A stretch of DNA of 64,000 nucleotides, taken from the IMG/VR virus record IMGVR_UViG_3300031993_000054; one strand, given 5' to 3'. The translations under genes and the position numbers were made by a program. Source of the stretch: an uncultured virus (IMG/VR IMGVR_UViG_3300031993_000054) (Duplodnaviria > Heunggongvirae > Uroviricota > Caudoviricetes). Shown piece by piece: positions 55,542 through 64,000 of this stretch (position 1 is the first letter of the stretch; every line of letters starts with the position of its first letter). The notes beneath the pieces were generated by a model that was not told the DNA's origin, did not search any database, and saw only the letters and a program-made list of their open reading frames with translations.

Positions 55542-56810
55542 TTACGCTCCTTCGCCAGAGCCACTGCCGGAACCGGAACCACTTCCACTGCCGCTGCCGG
55601 CGGTGTAGGTGATCACGTACCACATCTCCTTCGGGCGGGTGGGCACGCAGAGGCCGTAGAACTCGGACCACCAGTCCTGAGTCTTGGACTTAACGTCGTA
55701 CTCGTACTGGATGATGCCACGACCCTCGAAGAAGGTTGCGTAGATGGCGTCGCCATCGGGCAGGAGGGCCATTGCGGTCTTGATGGTGCCCAGAGGACCT
55801 GCGGGATACAGGACGTAGGTGTTGGCGTTGAAGGTGCGGAAAGCCTTGGTGACAAGTTTGGCGTTGACACCCTTGCCTTCCAGGCGCTCGGTGGCGGTGA
55901 GGCCCTGCTTGAACTTGATGTTCTTGAGGGGCAGGCCGATGAGTGCGGCGAAGGCGGACTTCACCTCGTCATCGTCGGCGTTGTTACCCACGATAAGGGC
56001 GTTGGCGTCGTTCGCAGGGGTCATGAGCAGGTCACGACGGATGCGATAGCCAATCTGCTTGCGCACGACAGGGTGCTCCATGTCGTCGAGGAAGGACAGT
56101 TCGTCAACTTCCATGATGATGGAACTCTTGTCGTAGCCCTTACGCATCATGTTACGGACGGTCTTGCGCAGAACGGCGATGAGGTCAACGTTCATGTTGG
56201 CCGTCTCGGCGGTCTTGTTCTCAGGATCGCTGAACATGTTCGGGGTACGAGTGATGTTCTCGTCCGGAACATTGGACATGAACACGAGGCCCTTGATGCC
56301 GCGAGGGTTGTTGTTGGCATCGAGGATGAGGCCACGGTTGGACACCATCTGGTCGCGCTGATACAGCATGGACAGATAGTGGGCGTTCTTGATGTCGGTG
56401 AGACCGTTGAACAGCAGGTCCAGAGCATACTCGCGTGCGGTCTGGTTCTGGAACTGAATCTTGGACAGAGCGTCCAGGTAGTTGCGGTAGTCGTCCGCAT
56501 CCCAGAAGAAACGGGCCTTCTGGCAAGGGATGACGCCTTCCGTCATCTCGAATCCCTTGGTTCCCAGAGGGATGACCTCGGAATCCTTGTCGGCGTAGGT
56601 TGCCATCACCTTGAGTTTGTTCGACATCAGCAGCTGCTTGAAGTCGAAGGTGATGGAGGAGTACGGATCCCACTCGAACCCATCCAGGTCGAGATCCTGG
56701 GAATTACCGAAACCGATAACATCGGTTACATAGAGGTCGAAACTTTCGGCGGAAAGAATACCGGCCTCTCCCATGAGGGTGCGGAAACCCTGATTGTACT
56801 TGTGAGCCAT
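55542..56810 (-). CDS. major capsid protein
   Basis: 422 aa after scaffold and decoration genes, strong codon bias; C-terminal GS tail. Confidence 0.8.
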   Translation of the reverse strand: MAHKYNQGFRTLMGEAGILSAESFDLYVTDVIGFGNSQDLDLDGFEWDPYSSITFDFKQLLMSNKLKVMATYADKDSEVIPLGTKGFEMTEGVIPCQKARFFWDADDYRNYLDALSKIQFQNQTAREYALDLLFNGLTDIKNAHYLSMLYQRDQMVSNRGLILDANNNPRGIKGLVFMSNVPDENITRTPNMFSDPENKTAETANMNVDLIAVLRKTVRNMMRKGYDKSSIIMEVDELSFLDDMEHPVVRKQIGYRIRRDLLMTPANDANALIVGNNADDDEVKSAFAALIGLPLKNIKFKQGLTATERLEGKGVNAKLVTKAFRTFNANTYVLYPAGPLGTIKTAMALLPDGDAIYATFFEGRGIIQYEYDVKSKTQDWWSEFYGLCVPTRPKEMWYVITYTAGSGSGSGSGSGSGSGEGA

Positions 56811-56825
56811 AATTCTTTTCTCCTA

Positions 56826-57458
56826 TTATTCGTTTTCGTACTCGAAGGTGATACCGGGCAGGTTGTCCTTGTAGAAGTCCAGCATCTCGGGGATGCGGTC
56901 GCCAAGGATCTGGCCCTTGGTCACAACGGCCACAGTGCCGGCGTAGGCACCGTCGTTGCTGACGTAGATTTCGCGCCAGGAGAGACCCGACGGCTTCTGG
57001 AGAGCGACATCGCTGCCGGCCTCTTTGGCCACATACAGTTTGTCACCCTTGGCGAGAGCGCCGAGAGAATTGGCGGTGATAGCGAAGGAACCAGTCTCGG
57101 GGTCATAGGCGCCGAGGGCAGCAGCCTTGGTAAGACCATTCTTGGCGGAGTTGAGGACACCCAGAATGAAGCCTTCCTCGGGGACTGCGTTGTTGGTTCC
57201 TTTCAGTTTGATGGAGGTGGAGCCGCTGGTTACAGCCTCCTGGACCTCATAGGAGTCCAGAAGAATGGCCTTACCACCCATCACAGGGAGGTAAACCGGA
57301 AGTGCGAGAGGAATCTGCGTGCCCTTGGGAAGACCGACAAGACTGACGGTGCCACCGACAAGTTTACGCTCTTTCACCTCGATCCACACGGGCATCCGTT
57401 CGGCAGGATACGCGGTTACGACCGGCTTGAAATGGACGTTTCCTAAATTGTTTCCCAT
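56826..57458 (-). CDS. putative head decoration protein
   Basis: Between scaffold and MCP; LPKGTQIPLALP. Confidence 0.6.
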   Translation of the reverse strand: MGNNLGNVHFKPVVTAYPAERMPVWIEVKERKLVGGTVSLVGLPKGTQIPLALPVYLPVMGGKAILLDSYEVQEAVTSGSTSIKLKGTNNAVPEEGFILGVLNSAKNGLTKAAALGAYDPETGSFAITANSLGALAKGDKLYVAKEAGSDVALQKPSGLSWREIYVSNDGAYAGTVAVVTKGQILGDRIPEMLDFYKDNLPGITFEYENE

Positions 57459-57486
57459 TTTGTTGTGAAAGGTTACTGGTTAAAAA

Positions 57487-58218
57487 CTACTGTTGCTCGG
57501 CAGGCTTGATGCCGTGACGAGCGTCCTGGCGGGCTTTCTCGGCCTTCCAGTCGGTCACGCCCTTCTCGGTGTTGTTCGGATCGGCCTCGAAAGGCTTGCT
57601 CGTATCAACGCCCAATTTGGACACGGCCTTGTTGAAATAGCCTTCTGCCTTCTGGGACAGTTCGTCGGCAGACATCTTACTGCCAGTCGCCTCGTTCAGT
57701 TCAGTCGCCCGTTCCCATGCCTCGTCGGCCTGATCTTTGTAATGCTTGGCGTAATCGCCACCAAAGAACTTGGCCCTGGCGGTTTCAAGAGCGTTCTTCG
57801 CTGCCTGATTCGACTCGAACCCATCAATCTTGTCCTGGAGAGGTTTGACGGCTGCTGCTACTGCGGCCTGGACGATGGAGGCGATGTCGCCTTTTCCAGA
57901 ACCGCTGTCGCCGTGGCCGGAGCCACTGCCGCTGCCAGAACCGTCGCCGGAACCAGATTCCGGGTGTGCTGCCTTGTAAGCATCAAAAGCACTCTGCGTG
58001 GAGGTCCTCTTGGTGATTTCCTGGTCGCGATGCTTCATCAACTCGTCGGCAACGAGCCTCATGGTTTCGGCGTCCGTAAGGGCGGCTTCCACCTGGGACT
58101 CTTCGGTGATCGTCTTTTCTCTCGCTGAGGCAATCCGGTCAATAGCCTCGTTACTCAGCCCGAAACGCTTGATTTCAGATTTCGCCCTGAGTCCTTCTAC
58201 GATTTTTTCTTTGAACAT
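57487..58218 (-). CDS. putative capsid scaffolding protein
   Basis: MFKEKIVEGL...; helical, AVAAAVKPLQDKI; start 58218 follows its promoter. Confidence 0.7.
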   Translation of the reverse strand: MFKEKIVEGLRAKSEIKRFGLSNEAIDRIASAREKTITEESQVEAALTDAETMRLVADELMKHRDQEITKRTSTQSAFDAYKAAHPESGSGDGSGSGSGSGHGDSGSGKGDIASIVQAAVAAAVKPLQDKIDGFESNQAAKNALETARAKFFGGDYAKHYKDQADEAWERATELNEATGSKMSADELSQKAEGYFNKAVSKLGVDTSKPFEADPNNTEKGVTDWKAEKARQDARHGIKPAEQQ

Positions 58219-58249
58219 ATATGTGTGATTTAGAAATGATATTCCGGTG

Positions 58250-58327
58250 CAAAAATAGGAGATTTTTTTGAAATCCACAAAGTTTGGCCCACTTTTTGCA
58301 AATAATCGCCCCTTTTTCGTATCTTTG
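58250..58327. promoter_or_regulatory. back-to-back Bacteroidota promoters (head operon and terminase operon)
   Basis: (-) TTTG-N20-TATTTTTG at 58250-58281; (+) TTTG-N21-TATCTTTG at 58295-58327. Confidence 0.75.
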
Positions 58328-58332
58328 CGGTG

Positions 58333-60072
58333 ATGTTCCGACTTCTCCATACTGATGTGCCCTTTCCCGCTCGATATGAACATGTTGAGCGGAAGAAGGC
58401 TACTGTCAGTGATAAAGGATGGGACAAAGTAGGCGATTTTATGCTTCGCGATGGCATCGACCTGATACCTCAGGAGGGTCTCCAAGAGAACCTGTGCCAT
58501 TGCGAGGCAAACCTTGTATTTATATGCGGGCAGGCGACTTCCGGCAAGACATTCGGCATGATGCTCAAGGGCCTCAACGGTGTCGGAAAGTACGGATATA
58601 CCGGCCGTCTTATCAACGTTCGTAAACTGGACTCCGCCAAGGGTACGTCCATGCACCGTGACGCATCCTTCGTCTGGGGCGAGTTCTCTGGGTGCGAAAT
58701 CACTACTGGAGAACTTCCCACCTTCGCGTGGCCTCGCTGGAACAACGCTATCCAGATGATCCACGCAAACTTCAACCCGGATAATCCAAAGGAGTGGGAC
58801 GAGTTCCAGGAGTACATCAAGAAGCAGCAGGCGGCCTATATCGCGATCGACGAAGCCACGGCCATCGAGCAGTTCAGAATGTTCGCCTACATGTTCTCCC
58901 GTAACCGTGACGCATCCGGAGTTGAGCCGATGATGGTTCTTTCCTTCAACCCGAAGTATGCGCACTGGACAACGGACTTCCTTATCACTGGCGGTTACAT
59001 CAATCCAGAGACCTGGTACATTCGCCCGGAAATGGACGGCAAGAAGCGCTACTTCTATATCAAAGGTAACGATGCCACTAAGGTCGTCTGGGGAGACACG
59101 AAGGAAGAGGTTGTCCAAGCGGCTCACATCAAGATCAGCGACGAAGACCGCGCTGCTGGCCTCACCGAAATGGATATGGTCAAGTCCTTCATCCTCTTCA
59201 CAGGTTCGGCTGCTGGAAACCGCAAACTCGTGGCGGCCACCAAGGGCCAGTCCGTTGCGAACCTTCACAACGTCGGCGCCGAGCAGCGTGCCGTTCTGGC
59301 TGAGGCTTACTTCGGCCCGACAGAAGACGAAGACGTAGGCGTCGCCGATGCAGACTTCCGCGCCATGTCGTCCAACCCCAGGAACGATGACGAGAACATG
59401 TATGCCACGATGGATGTATCCGGCGGTAAACTCAAGAGCGATGATAACCTCATGCTCATCTTTAGAGGAAACTGCTGGGTCGGCGTTGAGGCGTTCCGTG
59501 GAGATCCGAAGGAACTTTTGGACTGGATTGACGAGAAGTTAGAGCACTGGGGCGTTCCGAAGCAGAACTTCGCCTTCGACGCTACCGGCATCGGTTATTA
59601 CCTCACAGCCTTCAAGGAGGGTATTCCTATCACCCCGAACAAGACGCCGATGCAGGAGTACGATGAGCAGGGAAATGCCGTGACCATCGAGCAGTATTTC
59701 AACCTTCGCTCGCAACTCCTGGCAAAGACCGAAGTCCTGTTCAAGACCGGATTCTATTGCACCACCCTGGACCTCAACATGCAGATTCCTTACGGAAAGA
59801 AGGGTGGCAAGCGCCGCATCATTGATATCCTCTACAACGAGAAAAATGTGTTCATCAAGGGCCAGAAGAACAAGAAGATTCTCTATCGGAGCAAGGATGA
59901 GTACATCGCACGCTTCCACGAATCACCTGGCCTCATGGACCCGTTCACATACCGCGCTGTCTTTGAACTGGACGCAAGACCAAAGAAGCAGCCAGAGAGG
60001 GAGATCGGCGAATCTGCATACACTGGACTATTTCAAGATTATGGCGGAGGACGCTCCGTCGTATGGCTTTAA
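58333..60072 (+). CDS. terL: terminase large subunit
   Basis: Walker A ICGQATSGKT, Walker B IAIDEA, SFNP, nuclease MDVSGG...FDATGIG. Confidence 0.88.
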   Translation: MFRLLHTDVPFPARYEHVERKKATVSDKGWDKVGDFMLRDGIDLIPQEGLQENLCHCEANLVFICGQATSGKTFGMMLKGLNGVGKYGYTGRLINVRKLDSAKGTSMHRDASFVWGEFSGCEITTGELPTFAWPRWNNAIQMIHANFNPDNPKEWDEFQEYIKKQQAAYIAIDEATAIEQFRMFAYMFSRNRDASGVEPMMVLSFNPKYAHWTTDFLITGGYINPETWYIRPEMDGKKRYFYIKGNDATKVVWGDTKEEVVQAAHIKISDEDRAAGLTEMDMVKSFILFTGSAAGNRKLVAATKGQSVANLHNVGAEQRAVLAEAYFGPTEDEDVGVADADFRAMSSNPRNDDENMYATMDVSGGKLKSDDNLMLIFRGNCWVGVEAFRGDPKELLDWIDEKLEHWGVPKQNFAFDATGIGYYLTAFKEGIPITPNKTPMQEYDEQGNAVTIEQYFNLRSQLLAKTEVLFKTGFYCTTLDLNMQIPYGKKGGKRRIIDILYNEKNVFIKGQKNKKILYRSKDEYIARFHESPGLMDPFTYRAVFELDARPKKQPEREIGESAYTGLFQDYGGGRSVVWL

Positions 60073-60084
60073 TTCTTCATAGCT

Positions 60085-61710
60085 ATGAAAGTATCTGATT
60101 ACATCAACGATTCAAAGAAGCGGCTCTGGACTCGCCGCGTACTTCCGTCGATGGTTCAGGCCCCCAATCAGAAGGGAAGCAACAAACGCCGCAGGGTGGC
60201 GCCCCCCGCAGGGTCGTACATCTACCTGCGGCAGGAAGACTTCCTCAATGAGTTGACGCCTGGCGCCCACGACATCAACTCGAAGTACATGTCCAAGCGC
60301 CCGATCTACAAGGACTCGGGCGAAAAAAACGCCAAAGGCCAGACCAAATGGGTGCTGGTCGGATACGATGACGTGGAGACGGTCGCTCTCGGCATCCAGG
60401 AGTGCATCATCGGAAAGAAGATTTCACACTTCGCCGGCGATGGGTTCTGGATTTCCAACGAGACGGAAGACAAGGCCAGGTACGACAAACTCATATCCTG
60501 GATGGATATGGCTGGCATCAGCCATGCCGCATGGCTCCAGTTGGTCCGTTCCGTTTTCCGCACCGGCGATGGCGCCATCTACCTCTATCGCACGGAAGAA
60601 GGTATCGAGTACAAGGTGTTCGGCTACGAGGAAGGTTCCGTCCTGTACCCCAAGACCGATATCAACGGGAAGACAACTGTCGCCCGCAAGTACACCTTCG
60701 ACGGCCACGCCACTGTTGACATCTTCACCGGTGACGGCTCTGAGACCTGGATGATGATCGACGAAAAGGATGATGACTTCCGCGATTATGTCAAGGAAGA
60801 CACCACCAAGAGCGAAGACGGATGGTATCTGGTCAAGAAGTCCGAGCCGCAGGCAGGAAAGGGACGCTGCCAGTGCATCTACTTCCGCATCGACGACATC
60901 CCCACCGGCCCTGCCCAGTTGTCCATTGAGGCCCTGGAAGATGCCTGCTCCTACATGTCTGAGGAGATGAAGAACACTGCTTTCCCGATTCTGTTCCTCA
61001 AGTCCGAAAAACTGGTCAGCCTCCCTCCGTCCGAGATGAACGGAAAGACCATCGGCGTGAAGGGCAGTTCCGACGCTCTCGCTCACAGCGACGCGAAGTT
61101 CCTCGCACCGCCGGATGCCAGCAACACCGCAACCATCCACTTGAAGAACCTGTGGGACAACATCGTCCGCACCTGCATGTCTGTGTTCGTTGAGCCGGAC
61201 GTACTCAAGCAGGGAGCAGACTCCAGCACGACCATCAAGATTATGTTCGCGCCCGAGATTCAGTGGTGCCAGAACATCTGGCCTCAGTTCTTCAAGGGCG
61301 TCCGTGATATCATGACCATCATGAAGGCCCTGGTCGGAGCAATGGAAAACGATGTCAAGGGATACGAAGCACTCCGCACTTCCGTCGGCCCGAACGTCTG
61401 GATGCCTCAGAACATCGCAGAGCAGGTCAAGAATGAGTGCGACCAGGTGTATGCCCGCATCAAGTCCCGCGAGGCCGCAATGGAAGACCTCGGCTCCCAG
61501 CATGTCGGAGACTACGGAAAGATCAAGGAGGAATGGGAATACGAGATTCGCATCAAGTCCGAGATTCCTGCCGAAGTCAAGGCGAAGTACGGAGTATCCG
61601 GGGATGGATCAGGCGATTCGGAATCAGGGTCTGGACGTGGTTCAGGCTCCGGCTCCGGAAAGACTGGAGTCACCAAGCAAGCAGCAGGGAAATCAATCCA
61701 GGGCGCATAA
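60085..61710 (+). CDS. portal protein
   Basis: 541 aa directly after TerL; helical, FPILFLK. Confidence 0.8.
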   Translation: MKVSDYINDSKKRLWTRRVLPSMVQAPNQKGSNKRRRVAPPAGSYIYLRQEDFLNELTPGAHDINSKYMSKRPIYKDSGEKNAKGQTKWVLVGYDDVETVALGIQECIIGKKISHFAGDGFWISNETEDKARYDKLISWMDMAGISHAAWLQLVRSVFRTGDGAIYLYRTEEGIEYKVFGYEEGSVLYPKTDINGKTTVARKYTFDGHATVDIFTGDGSETWMMIDEKDDDFRDYVKEDTTKSEDGWYLVKKSEPQAGKGRCQCIYFRIDDIPTGPAQLSIEALEDACSYMSEEMKNTAFPILFLKSEKLVSLPPSEMNGKTIGVKGSSDALAHSDAKFLAPPDASNTATIHLKNLWDNIVRTCMSVFVEPDVLKQGADSSTTIKIMFAPEIQWCQNIWPQFFKGVRDIMTIMKALVGAMENDVKGYEALRTSVGPNVWMPQNIAEQVKNECDQVYARIKSREAAMEDLGSQHVGDYGKIKEEWEYEIRIKSEIPAEVKAKYGVSGDGSGDSESGSGRGSGSGSGKTGVTKQAAGKSIQGA

Positions 61711-61712
61711 AA

Positions 61713-61745
61713 GAAAAGGGGTTCGCTTCACAGCGGACCCTTTTC
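61713..61745. terminator. intrinsic terminator (bidirectional)
   Basis: GAAAAGGG...CCCTTTTC hairpin after portal. Confidence 0.7.
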
Positions 61746-61855
61746 ATTCCAACTTTTATGAAATTCTTTTCAGTAAACTCGATGCAAATATAAGGATTAT
61801 TTCTTACCTTTGCAACACACCTTTTTCCCACACACCTGATTCTGCCCATAGGCAG

Positions 61856-61889
61856 GAAATCCACCCCGCAAGAGGTGGATTTCTTTTTT
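61856..61889 (+). terminator. intrinsic terminator
   Basis: GAAATCCACC...GGTGGATTTC followed by T6. Confidence 0.75.
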
Positions 61890-61900
61890 ATTGTGGTTGG

Positions 61901-62248
61901 TTAGAACGGGTCAGGACCTTCCGCAGCAGGTGCCGGGGCAGATGCTGCCGGAGCGGGGGCGGCCGCCTGGGCGCCTTCGATGGCCCAGTCGAAGCAATTC
62001 ACGTTGTGATACCACTTGCCGTTGTACTCACGGCTGGTCACGTCATAGTAGAACGTGCCCTTCTGGCCGGCGCGGAGTTTGGCAAACTCCTCGGCGCGGT
62101 TGCTGCGACACTCCAGCATCAGCGTGCTGTTGTACCGGCCGTTCTCGTACTCAATGACAATTTTCGCCGTGGCCCAAGGACCACGCTGCCCCGTTCCCCG
62201 TTCTATCGGGAGGACTTGGGTGATGCGTCCTACTACTTCATTTTTCAT
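61901..62248 (-). CDS. DUF3127-like single-stranded DNA-binding protein
   Basis: GRITQVLP..G....W; SREYNGKWY; tail ending DPF. Confidence 0.8.
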   Translation of the reverse strand: MKNEVVGRITQVLPIERGTGQRGPWATAKIVIEYENGRYNSTLMLECRSNRAEEFAKLRAGQKGTFYYDVTSREYNGKWYHNVNCFDWAIEGAQAAAPAPAASAPAPAAEGPDPF

Positions 62249-62864
62249 CTTCGGTATTAAATTGAATGTCTAACATCTCTTCCTTTGCAAAATGTATGCC
62301 ATGCTTCTCACATTCCTGGAGATATTTGCAATGAGGGCAGGCGTCTTCTGCATTTTCCTCGCAGAACTGACGGTAAGCGCACTGGCCGCACTGAACAGGC
62401 AGATACCGGCGAGGCTCCTCAGGGGCGTTCTCGTCCATATCCAGGAGACCGATCTTGTCGGCCAACTTCATGACCATCTCAGGATCCTTCGCCTGCTCAA
62501 TGTTCTGGATTAGCGACATAGAGAACTCCGTGAGTTTCTCCTTGGACTTTGCCTTCCTTTCCTCCAGAGTGAGTTCCGGGGCGAAAGGCTTCAACTCCTT
62601 GCTCGGATCCAGGAACTTCTCCAGGGTGGCCTGATATGCAACAAGGTACTCCTTCACCTCCTTGCGGGCAAAGAACTGCCGGACGTACTCGTCGATAGCA
62701 GCCTGGGCACGGGAATTGAGCATGTCTGGACGAGCGAAGGCGATGTAGGCGTCCCGTCTGGGACAACCAGACAGGACGTGCCATGTGAGCGCGTTCTGTT
62801 CGTCCTGAGTTAGAGCGGAGACGGCGTAGCCGTCGGGCCGCATTGGAATCATTGATTTGGCCAT
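62238..62864 (-). CDS. hypothetical protein with Cys-rich C-terminus (possible terminase small subunit)
   Basis: Helical N-terminus; CGQC...C...CPHC. Confidence 0.45.
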   Translation of the reverse strand: MAKSMIPMRPDGYAVSALTQDEQNALTWHVLSGCPRRDAYIAFARPDMLNSRAQAAIDEYVRQFFARKEVKEYLVAYQATLEKFLDPSKELKPFAPELTLEERKAKSKEKLTEFSMSLIQNIEQAKDPEMVMKLADKIGLLDMDENAPEEPRRYLPVQCGQCAYRQFCEENAEDACPHCKYLQECEKHGIHFAKEEMLDIQFNTEDEK

Positions 62865-62878
62865 AGGTTACAAATATA

Positions 62879-63283
62879 CTACTTTTTGCTGAGATAATCC
62901 TTCAATACTGCGCGAAATTCCTCTTCCGACCTAACAACGACATACATGTACCCCTGTGCTTTAACGGCAGCCTCCCAAGCCTTTTGGTATGGTGACTGAT
63001 AGCCGGTCTCTGTCTTTAATTCAATGCAGAGTCCATGATATCCACCACGAGGAATGAGCAGGATAAGATCCGACACTCCACGGACGATGCCTTCTGCACG
63101 ACGCCTGGCGCCAAGGTAGCCACTCCCTCCATCGTCCATCTCATTTGCAACGTGAAACAGGAGGTTCCTGGTCTCGGGAAAATCATTCCAAGCCGCCTTG
63201 ACGCAAGCGGCCTGGATTATCATTTCAGGCGCCTGCCGGTGCCTCTTATTGTATGGATTCGGCGGTGTTGGGGTCGTTGCCAT
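62879..63283 (-). CDS. VRR-NUC domain nuclease
   Basis: FHVANE...GVSDLIL...IELKT..G.QS..Q. Confidence 0.88.
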   Translation of the reverse strand: MATTPTPPNPYNKRHRQAPEMIIQAACVKAAWNDFPETRNLLFHVANEMDDGGSGYLGARRRAEGIVRGVSDLILLIPRGGYHGLCIELKTETGYQSPYQKAWEAAVKAQGYMYVVVRSEEEFRAVLKDYLSKK

Positions 63284-63612
63284 TACCTTATGATTTTGTA
63301 CATAAGAATCAAGTCATCCTGCTCGCGAATCCTCGTGAAGCCATGCTTTTCGTAGAACGACACAACGAAAGGCTCCGTGACCGAGTTGAGGTCTATCCGA
63401 AAAATTCCACGACTTTTACACTCATCCTCGCAATGTTTCAAAAGCCTCGTGGCGATGCCGTTCTTTCTGTACTGCGGAATCACGCTAAGACCAGAAATAT
63501 ACGCAACTCCAGGATTCGATTTTTCAAACGATACTGATACACAGCCATGTCCACCATCGGCTATGAAATCAAGACTTTGGCCCCACGGCCATGTATTTTC
63601 ATGAACTATCAT
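63283..63612 (-). CDS. GNAT-family acetyltransferase
   Basis: LSVIPQYRKNGIATRLL...FYEKHGF. Confidence 0.88.
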   Translation of the reverse strand: MIVHENTWPWGQSLDFIADGGHGCVSVSFEKSNPGVAYISGLSVIPQYRKNGIATRLLKHCEDECKSRGIFRIDLNSVTEPFVVSFYEKHGFTRIREQDDLILMYKIIR

Positions 63613-63613
63613 A

Positions 63614-64000
63614 TTACAATAATTTTGGATCTGAGTCTTCGGTGATTTTCACCTTGCTTAATATATTCTTGCTGAAAAAGTAGTAGTATTTTGGATTCAA
63701 TCCCAGTACCTTTGCGGCCCTCTGGAAAGCGGCCTTTTTCTCCTTGCTGTTCATTATGCAAACCTGCACAAGAATCCAGTTCGTATTCTTCCCAAGCAAC
63801 TTCATCTCGGCCACATACTCTTCCACGGTCTGCTTCCGTTCGTAATTCCTCTTGTCAACAATCTCCTGCAACTCAGCCCGGAATGTTTCCTGCTTCGTAG
63901 GAAAGTGGTAGCCGCAGAATGGGCAGTCCGAATACTGAACCGCAATCATCTTCTGGCACTGAGGGCATATCTTCGTGGGTGCCACTCCGCCACCGGCACC
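63614..64000 (-). CDS. C-terminus of probable SF2 helicase with zinc ribbon (partial)
   Basis: APTKICPQC...CPFCGY; ORF runs off window end; next to VRR-NUC. Confidence 0.6.
   Translation of the reverse strand, partial: GAGGGVAPTKICPQCQKMIAVQYSDCPFCGYHFPTKQETFRAELQEIVDKRNYERKQTVEEYVAEMKLLGKNTNWILVQVCIMNSKEKKAAFQRAAKVLGLNPKYYYFFSKNILSKVKITEDSDPKLL

Noticed and set aside
41599..57446. Long + strand ORFs (873, 878 and 669 aa)
   Set aside because: Shadows of tail hub, TMP and capsid genes caused by GC3 codon bias; no motifs.
58219..59268. N-terminal 350 aa of the 593-aa minus ORF
   Set aside because: Overlaps TerL antisense and the divergent promoters; the real start is ATG 58218.
1..64000. Alternative genetic code (stop-codon reassignment)
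   Set aside because: Genes tile densely under the standard code and TAA, TAG and TGA all terminate genes.

Overview
This window is most of the genome of a tailed phage (siphovirus-like: tape measure, tail tube, frameshifted tail chaperone). The host is probably Bacteroidota, inferred from TTTG-N19-21-TAnnTTTG promoters and the gene families present. Layout: 1-3.8 kb (-) holds nucleotide and DNA-modification genes (MazG-like, N6-adenine MTase, GT2-like, HNH, DEDDh exonuclease). 3.8-5.15 kb is a divergent control region with sigma54-type promoters, operator-like repeats and a probable structured RNA. 5.15-28.85 kb (+) holds early/middle genes, mostly small hypotheticals plus SSB, serine recombinase, C5 MTase, transglycosylase, GT2 and ThyX-like. 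28.9-58.2 kb (-) holds lysis, tail and head genes; 58.3-61.7 kb (+) terminase and portal; 61.9-64 kb (-) replication genes. Highlights: (1) a diversity-generating retroelement (DGR) whose template repeat matches two variable regions, one in the adjacent tail gene and one about 20 kb away on the opposite strand, with every mismatch at a template adenine. (2) Its reverse transcriptase is spread over three frames by two +1 shifts that share a same-phase motif. (3) Six virion or assembly proteins carry Gly-Ser tracts while the phage encodes three glycosyl/phosphotransferase-like genes, suggesting a virion-modification system. All product calls come from motifs recognised by eye; no database searches were run.
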